Shown one piece after another: positions 44,301 through 53,200 of a stretch of DNA of 64,000 nt. The notes under the pieces were generated by a model. It did not search any database, was not told the origin of the DNA, and saw nothing but the letters and a program-made list of their open reading frames with translations. How positions within the stretch are numbered: position 1 is the first letter of the stretch; each line of letters opens with the position of its first letter. The stretch lies in the IMG/VR virus record IMGVR_UViG_2684623133_000001, positions 1-64,000 of that record, one strand, 5' to 3'. The position numbers were made by a program, and so were the translations under genes. The stretch comes from a virus (Duplodnaviria; Heunggongvirae; Uroviricota; Caudoviricetes).

Positions 44301-45181
44301 CCACCAACACCATTCGCGCCGACCGCGACAACCGCAAGGACGTCTGGGAACACCGGATGACCTCCGCGTTCGAGGTCCGTGAAGATGGCGACACCATCAC
44401 CCTCACCGGGTACGCATCGACGTTTGAGCCGTACGAGATGTATGGCGGCCCGGACGCTGGCGGCTGGATTGAGCAGTTGGACAAGGGTGCCTTCACCAAC
44501 ACCCTTCGCGAGAAGCCGGACTTGCACCTGCTCATCAACCACGAGGGAATGCCGCTGGCGCGCACTAAGTCCGGCACACTCCAGCTAGGCGTCGACCGGC
44601 ACGGTCTCAAGGTCGGCGCCACACTCGACCGGTCCGACCCCGACGTGCAACGGCTTGAGCCGAAGATGCGACGCAAGGACCTGGACGAAATGTCCTTCGC
44701 CTTCCGCGTGAAGGGCCAGAAGTGGGAGTGCACCGAGGAATTCCCGGAGGACAACTACGCCCTCCGCACCATTACCGAGGTCTCGCTGCACAAGGGAGAT
44801 GTGTCCGTGGTCAACTTCGGCGCCAACCCCACCACCAGCGCCGAACTCAAGTCAGTCGACCAGGCCCTCGCGTTCCTAGCCGACTGCGACCCCGGAGCGC
44901 TCGCTGAAATCCGATCCGACGGCGACCTTCTCCGCCGAGCACGCGCCGTCCTGAACTCCCTCGGCAGCATCGACAAGGTTGCCGCGGTGCAGGCGGTCCA
45001 TACCACTGCCCGCGCCGCCGCAGACGCTGCGGCTGCCGCAGCCCAGGTTCTGCAATCTCGGTCCGAGGACGATGCCCCCAAGGGCATGTCGCTGCGAGAG
45101 GCCATGGCCCGTCAGGGCTTTGCGTCCGAGGATGGCTCCGTGCTGTCCCTCAACGACGCCCTCGCAGTCATCGACCTATAA
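44297..45181 (+). CDS. Prohead (capsid maturation) protease, HK97/S78-like
   Basis: About 294 aa. Positioned between the portal and major capsid genes. The family was recognised by resemblance. Confidence 0.65.
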   Translation: MTTNTIRADRDNRKDVWEHRMTSAFEVREDGDTITLTGYASTFEPYEMYGGPDAGGWIEQLDKGAFTNTLREKPDLHLLINHEGMPLARTKSGTLQLGVDRHGLKVGATLDRSDPDVQRLEPKMRRKDLDEMSFAFRVKGQKWECTEEFPEDNYALRTITEVSLHKGDVSVVNFGANPTTSAELKSVDQALAFLADCDPGALAEIRSDGDLLRRARAVLNSLGSIDKVAAVQAVHTTARAAADAAAAAAQVLQSRSEDDAPKGMSLREAMARQGFASEDGSVLSLNDALAVIDL

Positions 45182-45231
45182 CACCCGGCGCCAGTAGGCG
45201 CCCCACAAATTCCACCCGACGCACCAACCAC

Positions 45232-45260
45232 AAGGCCCCCGACACCCCGGGGGCCTTTTT
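45232..45260 (+). terminator. Rho-independent terminator-like hairpin
   Basis: GGCCCCCGACACCCCGGGGGCC followed by TTTTT. Confidence 0.55.
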
Positions 45261-45374
45261 CGTGCGCCGGGTCGAACGGCCTGCCCCCGCTCGGGGCCGC
45301 CGGTGCCCCGCTCGGGCCGCCCCCATTGCAAATCCAAACGCCCCCAGGGGCATCCACGAAAGGAACGAACCTCC

Positions 45375-46754
45375 ATGGAGGAACGTCTCAAGCGGCTCAT
45401 GGAGCTGCGCGCCAAGGCCGAGTCCGAGCTGGAGACCCTGCTCGCGAAGCGGACGGCCATCACCGACATCGTCAAGGAAGAGGCCCGCCAGGACCTCACC
45501 CCTGAGGAAGACGTCGAATTCCGCGCCAAGTCTGCCGAGATCAAGGCCAAGCAGGGCGAGATCGCGGGCTACAACGAGCGCATCCAGGAGCTGTCCGACG
45601 AAATCGAGCGGTCCGGGAAGCTGAGCGACGAGGCCGCCAAGGTCCGTCGCGCACAGGCCCGGGTCGAGTCGGTCAAGGAGGCAGCTGCCTACGCCAAGGG
45701 CAACGGCCGGTCCTACCTCCAGGACCTCATGCGGGTCCAGCGGAACATGGACCCCAACGGCCAGAGCCTGGAACGGCTCCAGCGTCACGCCCAGGACGTC
45801 GCCAACGACGCCGAGTACCGTGACCTGGACCGCACCGACGGCAACGGCGGCTACTTCGTGCCCCCGGCCTGGCTGGTCAACCAGTACGTGCCCCTGGCGC
45901 GCGCTGGCCGCGCCTACGCCAACCTGGTCACCTCGCAGCCGCTGCCATCCGGCACCGACAGCATCAACATCCCCAAGGTCACCGCGGGGACCGCGACTGC
46001 TGTACAGACGGCCGATAACGCGGCCGTCGCCGAGCAGGACCTCGACGACAACTTCATCGAGGCCAAGGTGCGGACCGTCGCCGGTCAGCAGGACGTCGCC
46101 ATCCAGCTCCTGGATCAATCGCCCGTCAACTTCGACGAGGTCGTCTTCCAGGATCTGATCGCCGACTTCGGAACCAAGCTGGACCTCCAGGTCCTCGCAG
46201 GTTCCGGGGCCAGCGGCCAGGTGCTGGGTGTCCACGGCACCCCGGGCATCGGCACCATCGCCATCACCGCGCTGACGGTGGCCTCGTTCTACGCGGCAAT
46301 CGCCGACGCGATCCAGCGGGTACACACCAGCCGGTTCCTGCCCCCGACGCACATCGTGATGCACCCCCGCCGTTGGGGCTGGCTCACCGCGTCGCTGGAC
46401 GGCGACCAGCGTCCGCTCGTGCTGCCTGCGGCAAACGCGCCGCAGAACGCCCTCGCCACCCTGGACGCCGTCGCGTCCCAGCAGGTGGTCGGCCAGCTCC
46501 AGGGCCTGCCGGTGGTGACCGACCCCAACATCGGCACCGCGTACGGCACCGGCACCAACGAGGACGTTGTGTACGTGCAGCGTTCCGCTGACCTGCTGCT
46601 GTTCGAGTCGGGTATCCGTACCCGCACCCTGCCGGAGCCGGGCGCGAAGAACCTGACGGTGTGCCTCCAGGTGTACGGCTACCTGGCCTTCACCGCCGGG
46701 CGCTACCCGCAGTCCGTGGTCGAGATCGGCGGACTGACCCCGCCCGCTTTCTGA
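45375..46754 (+). CDS. Major capsid protein (HK97-fold)
   Basis: 459 aa with an N-terminal coiled-coil delta-domain-like region. Sits after the protease. Confidence 0.75.
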   Translation: MEERLKRLMELRAKAESELETLLAKRTAITDIVKEEARQDLTPEEDVEFRAKSAEIKAKQGEIAGYNERIQELSDEIERSGKLSDEAAKVRRAQARVESVKEAAAYAKGNGRSYLQDLMRVQRNMDPNGQSLERLQRHAQDVANDAEYRDLDRTDGNGGYFVPPAWLVNQYVPLARAGRAYANLVTSQPLPSGTDSINIPKVTAGTATAVQTADNAAVAEQDLDDNFIEAKVRTVAGQQDVAIQLLDQSPVNFDEVVFQDLIADFGTKLDLQVLAGSGASGQVLGVHGTPGIGTIAITALTVASFYAAIADAIQRVHTSRFLPPTHIVMHPRRWGWLTASLDGDQRPLVLPAANAPQNALATLDAVASQQVVGQLQGLPVVTDPNIGTAYGTGTNEDVVYVQRSADLLLFESGIRTRTLPEPGAKNLTVCLQVYGYLAFTAGRYPQSVVEIGGLTPPAF

Positions 46755-46845
46755 CCCACCGCTAGGCCACCCACCGTCCCGTAACCCGGGGCGGTGGGTG
46801 CGCCCAGCACCCCGGCACGACAACAACAGAGGAGCTGAAATCCCA

Positions 46846-47186
46846 TGGCAGTACAGAAGCGTGACGCCGTCGCGGACACCGTCGCGGCACTGGAGACCAA
46901 GCGCGAGCTGCTGGCGTCCCTCGGCGAAGACACCTCCGCCATAGACGCGAAGCTCGCCGAGTGGCGCGCAGACATTGACCCGGTCGAGCCCGCCCCGCCG
47001 GTCGAGAACAAGGTCGCCCCCGCGGCGCCGGAGAAGGCAACCCCGCCCGCATCCGACAACGCAGCCGCCAAGCCCGGTAAGGCCGCGCTCGCCAAGGCAA
47101 CCGCCACCAAGACGGAACCTGCACCGGCACAGGTGAAGACCGAGGAGACCAAGGCCGCTGATGGCGGACCTGGTAACGACAACTGA
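46846..47186 (+). CDS. Hypothetical Ala/Pro-rich head-associated protein
   Basis: 113 aa. Confidence 0.35.
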
Positions 47187-47715
47187 CCTCGGCAAGTTCG
47201 AGGCTGGTGATCGGCAGTGGTTCCTCGACACCGCTGAATCGGCGGTGCGGGACTACTGCGACTGGCACATCGCACCGTCTCGCCGCGAGGTGGATCGGCG
47301 ATGCGAAATAGGGGAGCGCGGCATCATCATGCTGCATTCCCTGCACGTCACCGACGTTGAGTCTGTGAAGGTCGACGGCCAGGTACTCGAACCAGATGAA
47401 TACGACTGGGACGAGGCGGGATTCATTACACGGACCCGCACTACCTGGCCGCGCGGCCGGTACTGGCCAGTCTTCGGGCTGCCCTCGCCGCGCTACGCCT
47501 ACGTCACCTTCACTCACGGCTACCCGGAGGTACCGCTGGCGGTGAAAGCGGTAATCCTGGAGTTGGCGTCCAGCGGCATCGAGCTGCCGTCATCGGTAGC
47601 CACCGAGGCCACCGGCGGCCCGTTCCGCATCAAGTTCAAGGGCACCTCGGGTCTGTCGCTCAACGACGACCACAAGTCCCGGCTGGCCGACTACCGCATC
47701 CAGGCCATCGCGTGA
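47161..47715 (+). CDS. Head-tail connector (gp6-like) protein
   Basis: Position and resemblance to head-tail connector proteins. Confidence 0.45.
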   Translation: MADLVTTTDLGKFEAGDRQWFLDTAESAVRDYCDWHIAPSRREVDRRCEIGERGIIMLHSLHVTDVESVKVDGQVLEPDEYDWDEAGFITRTRTTWPRGRYWPVFGLPSPRYAYVTFTHGYPEVPLAVKAVILELASSGIELPSSVATEATGGPFRIKFKGTSGLSLNDDHKSRLADYRIQAIA

Positions 47716-48089
47716 GTATCTTCCCCGAGCCCTACGACATCGCGCACTACCCGTACAGCGCGACAGCGGGGAAGAACGCCCACGGCAACACCATTGGCGG
47801 CGTCGCAGAGGCACCGACGCCACGGCGGGCGATGGCCTTCTACCCCCGCGGTGAACGCGCAGCCGACAGGGTCGAGCCGGTAGCACCGGAGTACGTGGCC
47901 CGGCACATCGCCGAGCTGACAATGCTGGTGAAAGACCCAACGGTCTACAAAACCCAGGACCAGGTCGACATCCACGGCGCCCGCTTCGATGTCGTCGGTA
48001 TGGGAGCTGACGGTGACTGGCGCAACGGGCCGTGGCGGAAGTACTCGCAGATGTTCGGCGGGGAAATCTCGCTCAAGCGAGTCGGCTAG
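47712..48089 (+). CDS. Head-tail adaptor/head-closure protein (putative)
   Basis: Position. 125 aa. Confidence 0.35.
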   Translation: MSIFPEPYDIAHYPYSATAGKNAHGNTIGGVAEAPTPRRAMAFYPRGERAADRVEPVAPEYVARHIAELTMLVKDPTVYKTQDQVDIHGARFDVVGMGADGDWRNGPWRKYSQMFGGEISLKRVG

Positions 48090-48337
48090 TGGCCGTACGC
48101 ATCAAGTACAACATGGCAGGGTTCCGCAAGATCCGCCACGCCTACGGCGAGTACGTCGAGCAGATCGCCCGGCAGGCCGCCGAGGGACTACCAGATGGCT
48201 ACACCATTGTCGTGCAACGCGATCCGAATACGCAGCGTCCGCGTATCTTCATCGTCGCCGCTTCGTATGCAGCGCGCCGAGACGACGCAGCCAACTCGCG
48301 GCTCCTCAAGCTGATCGCTGGGTTACGGGGTCGCTGA
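48089..48337 (+). CDS. Tail-completion component (putative)
   Basis: Position. 82 aa. GTG start overlaps the upstream TAG. Confidence 0.3.
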   Translation: MAVRIKYNMAGFRKIRHAYGEYVEQIARQAAEGLPDGYTIVVQRDPNTQRPRIFIVAASYAARRDDAANSRLLKLIAGLRGR

Positions 48338-48774
48338 TGCCCGCCCTGTATCCGGCGATGCTGCCAGCGGACATGGTGGCGCTGGCAGTCGCGTACCTGA
48401 CACCCCAACCCGCCCTGACGGTTCCAGTCGGCTCCAAACTGCCGCCCACCCGAACAGATGCCACCTTGCCTGACGGGTTCCTGCGAGTCGAGTTCGGCGG
48501 CGGCTCCCGCGCCAACCTCCTCGAATGGGACCTCGACCTCATCCTGTTCGGCTATCACCCCGATGAGGTTGAAGCGTCCAACATCTCGCGGACCGCGACA
48601 GCGCTCATGGACGCCGCGACCGGTCTCACCATCGACACCTGGTACGTCGTCTGGGCACGCGCCACAAGCCTGACGCACGAGTCGAAGGACCCGAACGTGG
48701 CGACACCTCGATACCGGTCGATGGTCACCTGGCGCGTCCAGGGCCAACCCATCGGCTCACCCATCACCCCATAA
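48337..48774 (+). CDS. Tail terminator-like protein (putative)
   Basis: Position upstream of the major tail gene. Confidence 0.35.
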   Translation: MPALYPAMLPADMVALAVAYLTPQPALTVPVGSKLPPTRTDATLPDGFLRVEFGGGSRANLLEWDLDLILFGYHPDEVEASNISRTATALMDAATGLTIDTWYVVWARATSLTHESKDPNVATPRYRSMVTWRVQGQPIGSPITP

Positions 48775-48850
48775 CTCACCGCCCCCGCGCGGGAGATCAG
48801 GCCGTCCCGTCCGGGGCGGCCTTTCGCATATCACGAGAGGAAAGCCCCGC

Positions 48851-49432
48851 ATGGCTCTCAACAATGTGCTGGAGCTGGCCGCCCCGTCCCCGCGGGTCAC
48901 CGGCGGCGTCCTGCGTGCACCGGTCGGCACGACCCTGCCGACCACCGCTGTCGGCGCCCCCGCAGTGGCCTTCAACAACCTCGGCCACGTTGGCAAGGAC
49001 GGCCTGGAACGCACCGAAGATCGGTCGAACCAGGAGGAGTACAACTGGGGCGGCGACCTGGTCGCAGTGCTCCAGGAAAAGTACGGCCTGGAAATCAAGT
49101 TCAAGCTGCTCCAGGTCAACAACGTCGACGTGCAGAAGGCCGTGCACGGTGCATCCAACGTCACCGTCACTCCGGCCAGCACCACGTCCGGCACGGAGAT
49201 CAAGGCCGAACTGAACGCCAAGCTCCTGGACACGGGCGCTTGGGTTTTCGACGGCTTCTACAACCTGATCTCCATGCGCCTGGTCATCCCGATCGGTCGT
49301 ATCACCGCCGTCGCGCCCATCAAGTGGACGCACTCCGAACTGGCGGCCTACGAGTGCACGCTCAAGCCGTTCCCCGACGCCGACGGTAACCACGGTTACC
49401 AGTACTGGAACGACGGCGTGGTGACGATTTGA
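48851..49432 (+). CDS. Major tail protein
   Basis: 193 aa. Position before the chaperones and tape measure. Confidence 0.6.
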   Translation: MALNNVLELAAPSPRVTGGVLRAPVGTTLPTTAVGAPAVAFNNLGHVGKDGLERTEDRSNQEEYNWGGDLVAVLQEKYGLEIKFKLLQVNNVDVQKAVHGASNVTVTPASTTSGTEIKAELNAKLLDTGAWVFDGFYNLISMRLVIPIGRITAVAPIKWTHSELAAYECTLKPFPDADGNHGYQYWNDGVVTI

Positions 49433-49827
49433 GCACCACCACCGCGCGCAAGGCATCGCCCCGCAAAGCGGGCGCGAAGAAGGCAGCCGCACCAGCGGCA
49501 GCCGACGCACCGGTGGACGAGACGAAGGAGGCCCCCGCTTCGGCGGGGGCACCTTCTCCGTACCCCGACGGCACGGCCCTGTTCGAATTCACGACCAGCG
49601 ACGGGTACGTCGTCCAGTTCCCGAAGTACTCGGAGATCACGCCACCTACCCGCCAATTCTGGTGGGCGCTATACCAACTCGACGAGACCTTCCAAGCGTT
49701 CGAGTGGATGGACTGGGCAGGGGTTCCCAAGGAAATCCAACTCCGCGTCGTCGGCCTCGGCGATGACGAATACAAGGCCGTGTTCGACGCCTGGTTCGCC
49801 GACTCGAAACTGACCGCGGGGGAATAG
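49429..49827 (+). CDS. Tail assembly chaperone (G-like)
   Basis: 132 aa. Position immediately upstream of the tape measure. Ends in a G5 run before TAG. Confidence 0.55.
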   Translation: MSTTTARKASPRKAGAKKAAAPAAADAPVDETKEAPASAGAPSPYPDGTALFEFTTSDGYVVQFPKYSEITPPTRQFWWALYQLDETFQAFEWMDWAGVPKEIQLRVVGLGDDEYKAVFDAWFADSKLTAGE

Positions 49828-50261
49828 GTGCGCTCACCCGGGCCATCGGCCAGCACTGGCACGCGGTCGAGCGCGACCTCATATCGCTAGACAAGGACAC
49901 CGATTTCGACGACCGGCTGCTGCCAGTCGCCAAACTCGGGTCCATCGTGCTGGCCGCACCCCCTGGCACGGCCGTCTACCACGCCATCCACAGCGGGTGG
50001 ACCCGGGAGTCTCACCTGCTAGCTGCCCAGATGGAGCAGCACGCAGGTCTGGTCACTATGCCCCAACGGATCGCCCGTGAGGGCGTCGACCCCAACGCCC
50101 CTGTGCCGCAACCTGCGCGGCCGGTGGGACCACCACCGCCGGGGCTACTCACCTGCGACGAGATGTCACTTGAGGACTTCGAGCGACTACGCGCAGCCAA
50201 CTACGCGCTGGGCGAGTCGCCCGGCCGCGTCATCGGTATGAAGAAAGGAGTAACCGGTTGA
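49800..50261 (+). CDS. Tail assembly chaperone -1 frameshift extension (GT-like product)
   Basis: The -1 frame is open from at least 49791 through 50261 and overlaps the end of the G-like ORF. Candidate slip site is GCGGGGGAATAG at 49816..49827. Confidence 0.45.
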   Translation, partial: RLETDRGGIGALTRAIGQHWHAVERDLISLDKDTDFDDRLLPVAKLGSIVLAAPPGTAVYHAIHSGWTRESHLLAAQMEQHAGLVTMPQRIAREGVDPNAPVPQPARPVGPPPPGLLTCDEMSLEDFERLRAANYALGESPGRVIGMKKGVTG

Positions 50262-53200
50262 GTCCAGCAGTCGCCGCCGTTGAACTGGCACAAGTATGGG
50301 TGCCACTCATGCCCGAGGCGTCCGGCCTTGCCGCGGGCGTCGAACGCATCGGCCGCGACGCTGAACGCCGCTTCGGGCGTGCCACCCGGACCATGGGCGC
50401 CGACATGGCCCGCAACCTGGCCGCCAGCGGTAAATCGGCCGTCGACGCACTTCGCCAGGTCGAACGCGCCGAGAAGGCACTGGCGACTGCGAAGAAGGCA
50501 GACGCGGACGCCACCGGCCGCCTCACCGTCGCCCAGACACGACTCAACGAACTCAACGAGAAGGGCAGGGCCACAGCCACTCAGCGGGCTACTGCTGAGG
50601 AGGGAGTGGCGCGGGCGCGGCGCGCACAGGAGCTGTCGACACAGAACCTGACCCGCGCCACCCGGGACCTGGAGCGTGCGCAGAAGGCGCAGTCGCAGGC
50701 GTCCGGCCAGGTCAAGATGCCGTTCGGCGCCGGGCTGATCATGCGGGCCGAGGCGTACGGTTCGGACTCCGGCGCCCGCTTCGCGCAGGGCTTCCAGCGC
50801 GCCCTCAACACCGGCGCAGCACTGGCCGCAGGCGGCGGCTTCATTGCCGCCGTCAAAAGTGTTGTCGACACCGGCCTTTCGTTCGACTCTGCCCTCAACA
50901 CCATGCAGGGCGTCACCCGCGCCCTACCTGAACAGATAGCCGCCGTATCTCGGCGCGCCCGCGAGCTGGGCGCCGACACCCAGCTCGCCGGAGTATCGGC
51001 CTCCGACGCAGCCCAGGCGATGACCGAACTCGCCAAGGGCGGATTCGACGTCGACCAGTCCATGTCAGCGGCCCGGGGCACGCTGCAATTGGCAACCGCC
51101 GCACAGGTATCCGCAGCAGAGGCAGCCAAGATTCAGGCCAACGCCCTGCATGCCTTCGGAATGGACGCCAACCAGGCAGCCAATATGGCCGACATGTTGG
51201 CGAACGTCGCCAACGCATCCACCGGCGACATCGGCGACTTCGCCCTCGGCCTCCAACAGGCCGGTGCCGTCGCCCACGGCTTCGGGTTGACCGCCCAGGA
51301 CACCATCACCGCTCTCGGGCTCCTGGCCAACGCCGGTATCCGCGGCTCCGATGCAGGCACTCTCATCAAGACCTCACTCCAGGCCATCACTGACCAGGGC
51401 AACCCCGCACAGGGCGCCATCGAAAGCCTGGGACTGACCCTGTACGACACCACCGGCAAGTTTGTCGGCTACCGCTCCATGCTGGAACAGGTTGCCGCAG
51501 CGTCAAAGCGGATGACCGAAGAGGAGTTCCAGGCCGACACCAACATCCTGTTCGGCTCGGACGCCATGCGCGCCGCCATGGTCGCAGCCGGTGGCGGAGT
51601 CCAGATGTTCGACGAGATGTTCCGGGCTGTCGGCCGAGCCGGTGGCGCCAGCGAGATGGCCGCCGCCCAGATGCAGGGACTACCCGGCGTCGTCGAGGGA
51701 CTCAAGAACACCGCAGAGAGTGCAAAGCTGGCCCTTTACGACCTGGTTTCGCCGTCGTTGCAGTCGGCAGGTCGGGGGATGACCGGCTGGCTCGACAAGG
51801 CAGCCGACGCTATGCGTGACCTCCGCACCGGCGGTGGCGGCAGCGGTACTGCGGTCGACCAGATCCGGCAGGGCTGGCGCGACATCTCCAGCGCGGCCAA
51901 GGACCTGGCCCCCTCACTCGCTGCGGCGTCCAAGGCCATCGCAATGGGCGCCGGAGCAACTGCTGTAGCAGGTTGGCGTGCACTAGGTTTCGCCATGCAG
52001 GCGTTGGAGCCGCCGCTGAAACTGGTGGCCGACATCCTGGGCAACAACCAGTGGCTCACCACCGGTCTCGTAGCTGTCCTCACGGCGCTGTACCTCAAGT
52101 CCAAGCTGACTGGTCCCGCTCTACAGGTTGCGGCCAAGGCCACCCAGGCGTGGGGCACCGCCTTCGCCGGGTGGCGCACCCCCGCCGCGCAGGCGCAGCA
52201 GGCCATGGAGAACACGACACGCGCTGCTGGCGAATCAACACGCGCGCAACGGGGCTGGGCCACGCAGATGCGGGACAGCTACAACCAGGTGGCCGATCGG
52301 TCCCTGTTCTTCTCCCGCACAGCCGGAACCGCCGGGGCGGCCATGACCGGCATGAAGCTCGCTGGGTCCGGGGTGCTGTCCATGCTCGGTGGTCCGTGGG
52401 GCGTCGCCGCAGCAGGTGTCGGCATTGCTATGGGCATGATCGCCGACGCCCACCAGAAGGCCGCGCAGAAGGCACAGGAGCAGAAGCAGGCCGAAGAGGA
52501 ATTGCGGGCCACCCTGGACCAGGACACCGGTCGCGTCACCGACGAAACCCGCAGGAAGGCCGCCGAGCGGTTCGGTAAGGAAGACCCTTACAAGACGACC
52601 GACATCGGGCGAGCCAAGGGCCTAGGCATCGACCCAAACATGTTGGTAGACGCTGCAACTGGAACGGGCAACGTGCAGGCGTACGACATCATCAAGAAGC
52701 TGGCACTAGACAAGGGCGTCCGGGAGGGCCTGGACAAGGTCTCCATCACCGGGTCAGGCGGTACCAAGCTGGACTGGAAGGTCATCCAGCAGCAGTACCA
52801 GGCCATGGGGGTGTCATCCGACGAGCTGTACAACGCACTCCTCAAGGAGGGCAACGGCTGGGACACCGTCAACGAGAAGATCGCAAAGTACCGCACAGCC
52901 AACCCCGGTGACCAAAACCTCGTTGGACTGCAACAGATCATCGACGCAATGCCCGACGCGAATGAGTCGCTTATCACGCTGACTCAGAACGTAAACGAGC
53001 AGCGGCGTGAGACGGACAAGGGCGCACAGTCGTTGCGGGACATGGCACAAGCCCAGTACGGCTTGTGGAAGCCGACCGAGGAAGGCGCCGCCCGGTTCAA
53101 GGACCTGGGCGCGGCCATCGTGTCGGTACCCAACAACAAGTCCATTGATCTCAAGGTCGACCCGGCGAAGTACGACGAGACGAAGAAGAAGCTCGAAGAA

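Noticed and set aside
45168-47231. 687-aa minus-strand ORF in the track
   Set aside because: It is antisense to the major capsid gene and has a low-complexity Gly/Arg-rich product. It is a GC-content artefact.
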